A DNA stretch of 63,158 bases, counting the filler. It is 4 parts of 4 records of this genome, joined end to end, with 100 filler letters (N's around TTAATTAATTAA, not from the genome) between each part and the next. Parts side by side here need not be neighbours in the genome. Positions count along the whole stretch, not along the records: positions 47,916 to 63,158 come from DRR378314_1798; 3 more parts are not named here. The stretch is one strand, 5' to 3'. Below the pieces are notes generated by a model, which was not told the origin of the DNA, did no database searches, and worked only from the letters and a program-made list of their open reading frames with translations. The position numbers and the translations under genes were made by a program. Positions within the stretch are counted from its first letter, which is position 1; the number at the start of each line of letters is the position of its first letter. Below, piece by piece: positions 48,818-61,600 of the stretch.

Positions 48818-51800
48818 CTGATGAGTATTCATCAGTTAGCTGTCCTGCTTTCGTTCGAGTTGGACATTCTCTATCTCAGAATACCCAGTTGGAACATGGG
48901 ACGAGTCAGCAAGTAGCGGGCGCGAAGCACTCGCCAGAAAAAAGAAACTGTGATAGGCGTACAGTTAACGATAATATTACGTATGCATAATATTTTTTTA
49001 AATAAATAGGCTTCCTTAGGAGGAGAGCATAGAGTATCACTGCGCCGTGGGGAAAAGCAGAGTAGACACGCGACCAAAGCAACTGAAGCGGCAAGTTCGT
49101 CTTCACGAGCAGAAGAGTCCACGAGCTGAAGAAACGATTAGCTTGCAAATTTCATAGAGGCGAATGCTACATGCGGTTACTCAACGATTTTGTAAAGAAT
49201 AGAAAGTGCAACAATACTATGCGCAGGGAGAAGTCATGCGGCGAAACCTGTTGTACTTACAAGACACTGCGATGGTCCGAAGCTGCTGCACGAGGAAACC
49301 CATCTGGCGATGCGAATCCACTCGCTTGCACGAAGCCAGTCGGCACAAGACAGACGTGCGCTCTCCTTCTCGATAACGGTTCCTTTCGCAGGCAAGATGT
49401 TGCCGCACGCTTCACAGTACTTATCTACCATACAATGGGTGGATTCAACATGCACGTATAATGTAATATTCTACTCGCGGGGCGTGTATGCTAAGCGATC
49501 TGCTTCAGCGCTACCTGCTGGAGTGAAGCAGCAAGGCACGTGCTTCGGACAGTGGGTCGCAGGCTCGGGCAGCCGTGACGAGGACAAACAGAAACTACGC
49601 CACGGACGTGCACCTCATTACCCCCACCCACGTCCCACCCGAGCGGCAGCGAAAGAGGGCAACCCGAGCGTTCTCAAGGTATACTGTGATACACAGTGCC
49701 TTTCCCTCTCCATCCGGAACGTTGTTGCCGTGAATGATCGCTCAGAATTGCTTCATTTTTCGCACATCGCGGGCAGAAGTGGATAGAAGTGGCTACGACG
49801 CGCTTCTGCGCGAAGCTATTCCAACACTGGGACCCCCGAGTACAGCACTGCCACCAGCCGTTGCGCGTGCGGCAGCTCGCTGTATAACCCGTGGGTAAAC
49901 ATTGCGTGCAAACTGAACAACAGAAACCGCTCGCCCAACCAATGATTGCGCTTTCTATCCGCAGAATACAAACACTGGAGAATATCTCCAGGCCATTCAC
50001 CTCTTGGCAATTCCAAAGGGCCGGGGAAGGGCCAGAATGGTGGGCAACAAGGACCAAAGCTTGCACCGCCCTGCCGCGGTGCGTCCAGTAAACGCGGGCC
50101 CCCCAGCGCCACCACCGCGGGTACTTTGCAGTATTTCGTGGCTTGCTTTGTTGCTGCACAGTTTATCACCGGTTTTAGCATGGGTAGAATGAACGCCGGC
50201 ACAAACGCACTACCATCCCAGGAGCAGCGAGAGGCGAAGATGCAGACAGTAAAAAGCGAAGGATGCGCAGCGTAGAAACGAACCAATTGGCGCCGAAAAC
50301 CTCTGCTCCTTTGCGCAGTACTTCCAGGCCAACGGGCGGGTTCGCTTACAACTGCTTCAGCGGCCACAGGATCGTTGGTTGCACCGGGTACCAGGTAGCA
50401 GCAGCGGCACTACCTGAGCGTTCCTACGACGCGGCGCAGCAGCGTCACGTCCTCCCTTTCTGCATACTGGACCGGGTTGTGTTGGTAGGGCTAGTAGTTA
50501 TGATTGCCCCGATCTGCGATAGGGGACTGTGCACCATCCACCATATTCCATCCTAGTGGGAAAGAGAGTTTCGATGCGTGGCAGACCTGCTCTGCAACAT
50601 CTTGGGAGACTCTTGCTCTCCGCCCTTGAGAAAAGTGGACGCACGAGCCTAACGCTGCACAGTGCATGCCGTCTCCATGGCATCAGCCAAAGCTCTCCGA
50701 AGGGCGCTTCTTCACTACCTATTTTGAATACCCAAATGTATACGAATATAGAATTCTTTCCAAAAGACTTGTGCGTAAGGGCATGCTAGCAAAACCTTGC
50801 AGTTTCAACTGCAAGCTGCGCAAGGCGAGGTGTTCCCCGCAAAGCGAAACAGTGCAATCACCTGTGTAGGAGAGTGCCACACTATAGCACACCAGGCTGG
50901 TTCCAACACCCAACAGATCATGCGTTGCCCCCAAAAAGTATCTTAGTGAACCAGATAATGCGCCTGTCATTACACAACAGGGAAATTTCGCGAAGTGGGA
51001 CTCGGCATTCGCGGCAGCTTTGCAGATACGCTGGCTGCCTGTGCGGACATCAACCCCATATCGGCTACGTGCTGGTTGGCGCACATATCTGCGCTAGGAG
51101 CGCTTTCTTGCATGACATCGCTGAAGAACGGGGGATCGCCTTACCACGCATTGCAACTAAGAAAACACATACTGTATATTCTACGCATTAACCTAGAGTA
51201 GAATGTGAAACTCGATATAGTACCAAGGTCTTCGAGCTCGGGTCGCAACCCTCTGCCGCAACGCAAAGCGGAGCCAAGGTACGTACGGAGCAACCCTGAG
51301 CGGCGATTGCTTCACACGTGCCACACCCGTGGAAATAGAGCAGATGACCCGTATATGAGATGGTCCTCCAGCATCACCTGCTGTATGATGTACACGCAGT
51401 GCGATCGTAAACAAATCAAGTCTTCGAGAAACGGAAGGAAGTGTGCAGCTGCCCCCACAACGGCTGCAAGCAGCAAGTTCTCCGGCATATGGTACGACAA
51501 CAGGAATTCCGGGTTGGCGTCCAGACGGTGCGGTTGGCCTGAATTCCGGACATGCTCAATCTAATGAAGGAGATAAGAAAGGGATCGGTACGTAAGCCAA
51601 AGACTGGGTCGGTCCGAGTTGAGTACCAGTGGTACACAGGTGAGCAGTATGCTCGCTTCGGCATACGGGTATCTGTATTTCCCGCAGATCTACAGCAACA
51701 GCCGTTTCACAAGGCAGGAAACGCCTAAAAAATACTGGTAGATGAACTCTGCCAACGCTGCTGCACTGCAGGCGCGCGGGAAAAGGGATCTTCACTGTGA

Positions 51801-52092
51801 CTATCGCCAGAAACGCACGGCTCCAAATGAAAGCGAACGATTCCCTGTAGCTCTTCCCCCTCGTTAGTGTGGAGCAACTATTGTTGCACTTCCTCATGTG
51901 TCACACAAACGCTTCCAAAAAAACACCTAGCACACTTACAACTCGCATCGCACAATTTTCACGAACGCTCCCTGGCTGCCACGCAAATTTCCATTCCTCC
52001 ATCTACAACTCTGCAAGACGTGAGAGCGACGTCGGCTGGCACAAGTTGCAAGCAGATGTATTGTGACACACGAGCGATCGAGCAACATTGCG

Positions 52093-55000
52093 CTACCGCG
52101 ATGCGCGTGCAAGCGCTCGAAGATAGGCAAACGGGTCCGCGCAAGAGCACCGCTTGAGCTCCTCCAACGAGGCCGTTTCGTCTTCCTGATAAGTCGCCGG
52201 AGACTCAGGCGCCAAAGGGAGCTTCGCAGCGCATGCGTCGCGCAGCCACTGCCGAAACGTGGCTGGAGAGACCCAGCGAAAGCCGTATTTTGAACTTTTT
52301 GTTTTCCAGTGCGTATTTCGAAGTTCTCCATCTGCACTTTCGTGAAGCTGTATAGTCATGTCGCTCCGAGCAGTGTCCAGCTGTGCGAAGCGACAAGTCG
52401 AGGTGCGCAGTCCAGAATGCAAAAGGAGCCCTTCCACCGTCCACCTGCTACCGTGTTTTCCAACGCGCACTTCGAGCTGCATCACAGGAGAATACGAAGA
52501 AAAGGGCGTGCAAGTAATGTCTAGAAGTTAAAAACGAAAAACAAGTATGACATTTGCGCAGATAATCGGCTGCTGCCCCGCCGCCTCCTCCCAAGTTGAA
52601 GCTGCAATGGAGCGTCACCGCGTTAACGTCTTCCTGAACCGCACCGTGCACTTGCAACACCATTAGAGTAGCACGCAAGGCTCTCAAGTTACACCCCATT
52701 TTCTTGCACTTTCATCTGACATGTACACCATTTGCATCACGACGACCCGGCACACACTTCCACACCGAACGCACAAGGCCTAGAACAGGGCAACCTCTCG
52801 TTGTCACGCACTTGTCTCTATGCTTGTCACAACAGGTGCACAACCGCACATTTACCATCCGTTTGGTCGAAAATTTAATCACCACGTACAGGCCTGTGCG
52901 AATTTCAATGGCATGCCGCCCAACGCAGGGGCCGCATCTTTACTATGCACGATAAAACGTACCCGAGTGGGGCATTTGGTGCCGAAATTGCCCTGATCGA
53001 TTGCATCAACTACCCCGATGGCAAGTTCAGTTGTGCAATGCCTCTCGTTCGTAGCAGCTCCTGTGGCTTCTCGGGTCAGGGCGTACATCGCCATGTGGAC
53101 GAGTGTATCAGCAATTTTCGCAACTGCTGCACATCGCGGAACCTCGTCATCGCAAAGTTCATGAAGCTTTCGAAGAGGCTCTGCATACCGCGCTGCGCAC
53201 AACCACGCAATGGTATCGACCGATTCAATGGCAGTCTTCATCTGAAGCCCGAGTTGTTGCGGCGCAGCATTCACGTCGACGCCAATCTTGCGAACGAGAG
53301 CCAGAGCTCTTTCTCGCTGCTGCCTGCGTAGCCGCTTCAGTGCAACGGCAGTAACGACGCCCGTAACAATATTGGCTAGCCCGCCCGTCATTGCATCAAG
53401 CGCTCCAGAAGCAAACTTGAGGCTCGCCATCATAGCAGAGTGTCCGGTCCGCGCTCCGCTCAAAAGCGACTCGGCGCGACGAATCCGAATGCCAAGTCGA
53501 AGCGAAATTTCATGATACAGTTGCACAACAGAACTGCCTTGGTTGCGCAGCCATCTGATGACGAAGGTTCACGCACAACCGCGACAGGCAGACGGTACCC
53601 AGATGAAAAACCGTCCAGGAAAGCGCATGCGAGTGTCCACCGCCACGAATCCAGGGAAACAGAGTCCACGACGCCGCATGCTCGCTAAGCTCAAGTGCAT
53701 CCCACGCCATATCGTAGCAACAAAATGCATTCAATGTACGGGACCAAACCCACAGAGCGCAACATGTTGAACCGCTGCGGTGTTGGCACTTCCCATCGCG
53801 TAGTGCTGAGAGCTACAGGAGCACAAAGCGGCGACACACAAGTTGCACCAACGAAAGCGAAGAGACGGGGCACAGCTGTCCTGCAAGGGTGGCCGAGTGC
53901 CCGCCTCCACACCCAGGCCAAGGCCGACGGCGTATTCTTACACGACTCTTTGAACACAGATCACTGCTGGACTTTATGCTTCAACCATGTACATGTGCTG
54001 TTTGCATGCCGCACGGAACTCGCTTGAACCGTCGCACCAGTGAATACCTAGCAAACCACAAGGAGTACACGGCGCGCGCCATACTGCCTTGCATGCAGCG
54101 CTCGTGGCATTCCATCAGCTCACAATCCTACCTCGAATTCTACCATTTGGTACGACCGTGCTTCTGCAACTCTAATTTTTGACACATCCACGTTTCTTAT
54201 TCGTACCGTATGCGATAGGACCGCTCCTCTGATACGCAGTAGGCATGCGCGTCGTCGAGAGGCACGCGCGATACGACGGTGCGAATGCGGTCCGCCTCGT
54301 CTCCCGCGATCTGCAGTCCCTTGAGAAGCGCGTCGAGACTCGCGCGACTCATTTCGTGCGCAGATGCCAGCATCGCAGTCTTGTCCAAAAGCGCGTTCTG
54401 CGTTTCCAAAATCTCGTCTGCCTTGTCGACGCTTACTCTCTGCAGCTCCAGGCACTGCGCCGAGTTCCGTAGGCCCTGCTGTGCCAGCGCCGACAGCTCG
54501 TCGACGCGCGCGAGGAGCTCGGACACCAGACGCTGCCCGCTGTCCGGTCCGCCAGCAGACGACGTGCTTTCCAGCTGTTCCGCGGCCTGCGCTGGCGAGC
54601 GCGCATCGGCACACAAAACGGCGCAAGTGCGTCGAAACTCATCGATCGATCCGGAGGCAAGATAGCTGGTGACTATACTTCGCAGCGTCAGAAAGTCTTT
54701 TCCTGAGCACCTTCCAAACTCGGCGATTTCGCGAAGTTTCTCGAGCGTGGGCACGGCAAAGCTGCAGCGCACATCGTCAAGCCCTGAAGGTTCTTCGTCC
54801 TCCGTGTACATGGCTAGGCTGGACAGTGTCTGCACAACAAATACAGTTCGTTCGTGCCGAGTGGTCTCATCAATATCCATTGGTGAATCCAGTGCTTGCC
54901 GCACTGCGCGGCTGATGACATCGGCATGAATCGGGCACAGCAGCTGAAACATGCGCTGCGCGGCGCGATGCGAAGATGCAGGCGTAGCGCAAACGATGAC

Positions 55001-58000
55001 AAAGGCACACTGACTCTGCCATTCAACCGCCCCGCACACGCCAGTGCAATCGATAAGCAGCTGATTTCCGTCCAACACCGCCCCGTGCTTCCATGCCATG
55101 ACAGTAGTCGTTCCAAGATTTTCGTCTAAGCTCGGAAGCACAGGACGGACACGCAACCACAGCCCGCGCTGTAGCTCCTCGACTGTCTCGGGAAATTCCG
55201 CGCTGGTCGGAGCGATGCGAGCAATCAGAACCTGCGAATCCTTTGCTTGCAAGGCGTCTGCAAATGACTTCCACACACACGTGTCACGAGGAAGATGTGC
55301 GGGTACCCACAGACCAGGAATAGGAAGAAACAAGGGCGGTACAGAACGAGGCGCGGCGACACCCTGACGTTCCAGCGCGGCCTTTGCCTCGTGGAGCGGT
55401 ATCCACTCGCGCGCGTGCTTCCCGGCATCAACGAGAGACGCAACACTTTCCATCTCCCACGCAGGCTTCATCCATAGCAAGCGGCGCCAATACAGCTGCA
55501 GCTTCTCTTCTATGCAGAGTTCTTGGATAAATCCTTGAACAACAGGTTGGGAAGGCAGTAACCACAAAGCAGCGTCGTCTTCTGGTAGACCGACGATGCT
55601 CCACAGAGCGGCGACTAGCAAGTTTGCATCGCGAAGGGGACCGCAACAAGCCACAACCAAATACCGCTCATCATCGCTCAGCTCAATCCGCACATACGAG
55701 TGTGATAAGAGATCTAATGCGTCATCGCTGTACTTCTGCAATGGAACGCAGAGCCTGGCATTCGCAACCACACCGCGCTGCCATACCAGCGGCTGCTCGA
55801 GTCCCTCCTCCGGACGCTGGGACCACGCGCGGAGAATTTCCGCAATGAGCCGCTGCGTGAACCCGGGCGGTATCTCGCACTCGCTGAAGTATTGCGTGTG
55901 GCACTCCAGCGCCACCCCTGCGACAGTGTAGTCACTTTGCAACACTCTGGTGATCCAAAACTCCTGAAATCGATTGTCTCGTATTTCGGTAGGTTTCCCG
56001 TAGGGAACGGCAGCGGGAAATATAAACATGCAGTGAGGAGCGCGCTCCGCGTCTGCCCTCCACGTGGAAGGCGTTGCCTCGATGCACAATCCAACATCGC
56101 GCAGTGCACACAGAACAAAGAGCGCGGCGCGCAGTCTGCAATCGGCGACAAAACGTCCAGCACCGTACGGACTTTCTGCACCCGTCTCGTTCGCTAGGGT
56201 GGGGCTGGTAGCGGAAATGCCCGGCGGAGCACTGCTGAAGAGTTGTGAGACTTCAGCGGCGCGGTATATACCGTGCAAGCCAGCGGACGGCGTGGATCCG
56301 CCATGGGCATCGTGCAGACGTTCGGAGAGCTTGCACAGAACCCAATCGCGCCATTCGTACTCGTTTCTTCCAAGAGCACGATTGTAAGGGGCGTGAATAA
56401 ACACCACCGACCAGTCAAAGAGCCACTGTGGTGCCAGGCAGACACGGTGCGCAGAGCGGGCAAGCTTTCTCTGCAGCAGCACAATGTCGAGCGAGCTGCT
56501 CAGTCTCTCAAGCACCGGCTCTGCGCTCGATGCTCGCGAGATACCAGGCCTACTTGCCGCTGTGTCCGTATTGTGCAGCGACATGGCTTTGTGAAGGTAC
56601 TGCAAGACCTTCGACGCCGGCACTATAAACTGCTCGATAGAATGACAGTCGACCAAAAAGCTCGGCGCACTCGACGTATCCACAACGGGCTCGTCACGGT
56701 GGTTAACACCAACGATTTGCTGCAATATCCCTTCGTCTGCTCGTAGACGCTCACGCCAGCGCCTCAGCTCGCCGCGCGCGCGAGCGACCGGAGCCGACAC
56801 AAAGAGAATCGACTGTGCTACCCAGCGTTCTAGAGCGGGGCGCAGGTCAGCTCGCCGGACATTGCGGCGGGAGAGGTCGACGATCGCGCAGTCCACGTAC
56901 CAGCAGCTGCCCGCAGTCTCCGCGGCAGCGCCGCGCGCTCGCAGTCCACGAATCACTCGATTCTGTATTTCCAGGCGCTCCATGGAAGAAAGGCGTTGCG
57001 TTGTATCTGTAATATTCACAAGGCAGAGAACGGGAGGAAGTGGTTGTGCAGACATGTGAAATCGCATCAGGGCAAGGCGAAGGATGTAGAGCGCCTTGCG
57101 GACGATGAGGCTTGTCATCGACTCGACCACGCCGACCTCGAGCGTGCGCGGATCGTCCCAAAAGTCTTCTGTGATCCGCGCGACGGAGATGTGCAAGACG
57201 TCGGGCTCTCCATAACGCTCGCGTTTCAGATGGCGATATTCTTCTTGCCCTCCGAACTCGTAAAACGATACAGAGCGCCCATACGCACAAAAGGGCTTCA
57301 GGTCAAATGCACGTGTTGCGTTGAAGAGTCCGCGGGAACGACCGCGCCGAGCCAGGCGCCGCCGCTGGAAGCGCCGCTCGTGCAGCCGCTGCACAAACGT
57401 TGATTTCCCCGCCTCTGCATCGCCAAGCAGAAACGCTCGTCGTTCGTTATCATCTTCTGCCAGGCGAACAAGTTCCACGATTCTCTCCGGTGAATTCGCC
57501 CCGAAGAGAAAAGGGGGTAGGTCACGAACAAGAGGTCGTAAAGCACTGCTGTCCACGCTTGCTTGCAGCAGGGAGAGTACCGAGCATTTCTTCAGGACGA
57601 TATCAGGTGCCGGATTTCCTTCAAGATGGAGGTGAGCCAGCGCAGAACCGGTGACGTTCTCGAGCATATCGAGAATGCGCGACGCGCCTTGCTCACCGAT
57701 ACTATTGTGCCGAAGCGAGAGACGGCGCACGCTGCATCCATCTCTCAACGCAGTCTCGACAATGCGAGCTCCAATGCGGTCGCAGATTTGGCAGCGCTCA
57801 AGAAAAAGGTCTGCAAGCGTACCGGTAACCTGCAGTGCGGGGTGAATGCCCTCCATACCGCGAGTCGCACTGTCCTCGTTGTTCGCTCCAATGACTGCGA
57901 CGGTGCGGCGGCCGCTCCTAATTCGCTCGCTAGCTTCGTCCATGTTTCGTACAATTGTTTGCGTAGCATGCGCGATAAAGTGCTGAAAGTCATCAATACA

Positions 58001-58648
58001 TTCAAACGACCAGCCGCTAGGCGCTGGATAATTAGTCATGCGAACATTTTGAAGCATTTCGCGCGGAAGCAGCGCAATCAGCTTGCGCGAAACGCTCGCA
58101 GTCGCTTCGCGCGTGTGCTGGACCAGCGCCAAAACTAGCGCTTTTCCTTCGAATGATACGGCAGAGTTCATGCTTATGTCGAGGTGTGCAACAGTAGTGT
58201 TTGAAAGTAGATTGGTGGCGAGAGATTCCGCGCCATGATCACCAAAAGAATTGTTCCACAGGCCCAACCAGGTCATCGTGCGGTTTTCCGGAAACGCCTC
58301 GGCGAGTGCTTTCACGCCCGCGTCTCCAATATTATTGTTGAACAGATTTAACAATTGAATTCCTTTGTTTACTTTCAGTGCCTCGCCCAACGCCATCGCA
58401 CCGCGATCACCGATGTTGTTCCCACCAAGTCGGAGCCAGGATAGCGAGCAATTTGTTTTAAGGGCATCTGCTATCGCTGCAGCCCCTTTGGCTCCGATAT
58501 TGTTCCCCGCCAGGTTCATGCGCACAACACAAGGATGCAGCTGCAGCGCATACGCAATCTGGCAAGCGCCCGCTGCATCAATGTCTTTCTTCCACAAGTT
58601 CAAAACTTCAGCACCTCCCTGGATGTCCACAACTGCAGATGCAGCCAT
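52093..58648 (-). CDS. ROCO-family protein: RI-like LRRs + Roc GTPase + COR + coiled coil + spliced C-terminal extension; exons 58648-54207, 53554-52963 and 52476-52093 (about 1805 aa)
   Basis: 28-aa LRRs (LxLxxNNIGDxGAxALAEAL); P-loop GDAEAGKST; EFGGQEEY; COR motifs LAPQWL, IFPA and PPGFTQRL...WQRG. Introns CG|GTACGA...CAG|A (phase 2) and CGG|GTACGT...CAG|CTC (phase 0) are frame-compatible. The start and last exon boundary are uncertain. Confidence 0.8.
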
Positions 58649-61600
58649 TTCTCTCGCGCGCGGGGGAGGAATTTTTCCCCTCGGACCTACTTGCCCACAA
58701 TAGACGCAAATATTACGGCTGAAGCAGTCAATGCGACATGCACGCAACGACAAAGTGCTGCGTCTTGTGCGTTGCAGGAGCAAAATACTGGAGACGCAAA
58801 GGCAGAGTCAGTTCCATTCGGAATCGCCACCGAGCAGAGACACGCGAAATTTTTAACATATGAAGCTACTCTTTGTACGTATTTTTCCCTGTGAGATGCA
58901 TTATGGGAGGACGAATTGTGACGGCCACTTCAATGACGAGGGGTAAAAGTAGCGCTTCGCGACCAAGATTTCGTGGTGTGGCGTCACTTAGCTCTCGTGT
59001 GATTCCCAAATCTCTCGGTAACAGCGAGAAGCGGCCCGCCCGCGGCCAGAGAGACCTCGTAATGCGCGCGTGTCACCGTTTGCCTTCTGAGCATCTCAAC
59101 AACAGGATTTCTCTATTCCCTTCGACATGGTATTACAATATAAGCTGCGCTAGAAAGATCGCATCGAAAATCATTCGCTAATGCAACGTTTACAACAGCT
59201 GCGCTCACTTGTGTGTGGCGGCAAGCACTTGTGAAAGGTGCCCTTGATTGCGATTATGAGCGTTGCCCGAGCGCAAGCTTCGGAGCGTGAAATGGTAAAG
59301 GAAAAGCAGATTAATTGAGTGACGAACAGCCGCTTAGGAGACTGTTCCCTACCAATCTCACCATACGCGACAATAGAATGTGGACGAGTAGCAGCGGAGC
59401 GCGAAGAGCTGCGTGCTCAACACTGGGCCAGCCCTTGCCGACGTGCGCGAGAAGCACGGCAAGTACCATTGGTCCCATACGCACACTGTCGCGCAGCGCG
59501 ACCAACTGTGCATCATCTTGACAAGGGAGACACTTTGTTGATCACAGCTTTATCGATATGTTACGACTGATTTCGCTGCGTTACAAATTTCCGCCTACGG
59601 ATTGACAGAAGCGAAATGCCGCGCTCCAAGATAATCATCATTCCCGTTGGGGAAAACCGGCGGAACATCCACTGCAGCACCGCAGTGATTCCGTGCTTCG
59701 TAAAAAAGCATCAGATTGTTGGCTGCGGTATGATCAACGCCTTGCGCTGTAGCAGACTATCCCAAGAAACCTTCGAAAGTGATATGTTGGCAAGGAAACG
59801 CACGGTGACGCTCGTGCGCGCGCTGCTCGAACTACAAATCCTTGCCCCGCCTGTAAGGCTAGTGTGCCGATCAACGCAAAAAAGGCAGATGCTCCACCGA
59901 GGCGTAAAAGAGGAGAGTGGCAACCCCATACAATATCAAAAGCAACAATTGCAACGTGTCCCTACAAGAAAGGACTTTCTTTTTCAAATACGCAACAGGT
60001 GAGAGACAGACAGAGGCTGTGATCTGCAATGATTGGCAGAGTGGGAGCTCTTGGTAGCGACGCAAGCGCCGCCAGTGCCTCGAGCAGTCACGCGTGCGGA
60101 GAGCGTCAAGGTGGTGCTGGTCGCCAACCCTCTGGGATCTCAGAAACTCGTGTGGACACCAAACGCTACTCCGCTGCATCGTTCTGCAGTCCTGCCCATG
60201 AACACAGTGGAAACACCACTGCTCTGCAGAAATTCAAATCGTGTAAGAGAAAATGCAGTATATCGGACAATGCAGTCTTCTTTATGCCGCATTTGTGGCT
60301 ATCCGCCCTTTCGTGTCCAGAAGGCAGCCGGAACGCGCACTGCCCAAATCGTCCCGTGCGGCACGGTACGTTTACAACGCTGTGTCGCCGGGACACCAAA
60401 AGAACCAGCCCTTGAGCTTTACTGCGTGCTGATCCACCAATCGCCCAATGCCTATGCGGCTTTGGCGTCGCAGTTGCTTACCCATCAGGTATGCATTAGA
60501 ATCTCTACACCCAAGCATTCTACATTTTGTAGTGATCGATTTTCGCAGGCACTGCCAGCGCTACTCCTGCGTTTTTCAAGTGGTGACAGGGCAAGCGAAA
60601 GAGCAATGTCCGGCTGTTCCACTGGTGGGCGAAAGCGCACTCACAAGTGCACAACGCCGCTTGCGTGAACGCAATGGCGCCCAAGGAGCGTTTCCGCACA
60701 GCAGTTGCTCTCATGAGAACAGTTTGTCTCTGACACACGCCCAGCTTGGTCGCTGTACGCAATGCCTGCCGGCCCGTGTCACAAGCGTAGCCAATCGAAA
60801 CACGCAACTGAAACTGAGAATTTTAACGGAAAAGCATACTTGTGCATCTTTACATGCCACGCTGAAGAGCCGCCCACGAATGCCAAGAAAGCAGAATGGC
60901 CGAGAGGACAGCGAAAAGTTGCGCGAGTCGGCCGTGAGAGCTGGTGACGGTTTGCAAAAAGCGAGCGGAGAAGCCGCACTGGTGGCGTCCCCGCCCTGAG
61001 TGGAAAAGGGAAGCGTTGGCGCGGCGCGCGCCCCTGCTGAAAAGAGGGTAGACAAACGAACCTGAAGGGCAGATAATCCGAGACGCGCCAGTATGCAAAT
61101 TGCAATGTGGTGCCCGCAAAGTCGCTTTGTGCTGTAAAGAACGCTGGCAGACGCGAGTATACACCGCTGGATTTTGTGTGTCGCCGCTGTGGCAAGAAAT
61201 AACGGCACAGTAGCACGGGAGTCGCCAAGCTTCTGGCCTCGAGCGGCTAGCGGAAGGAGCAGCCAGCGATGGGCAGAGCGTGTATTGTCGAAATGATCCA
61301 TGTACAATACCATCTCAATAGGGCTAAAATGAACGGATCCCCAGCCATTGTAGCAAGAAATGCATGGGAGATGAGCGCCTGGTGCGGTGCCACACAGTTT
61401 GGTACGCCCAGAGATGCCCACATTCCGCGCACGCAAGGCATGAAATATGAAATTGATCAATAATTTTGGCATGATTGTACAGGATCCGTGATCGTGAAAC
61501 GGGAGAAACGGCGCTCAGGAGCTATGCCACCTACGGCCAAGCTACCGTGCAGATACGGTTGCTCCAGGCGCAAGAGAAACACGGGTCAACTGCTATTTAC

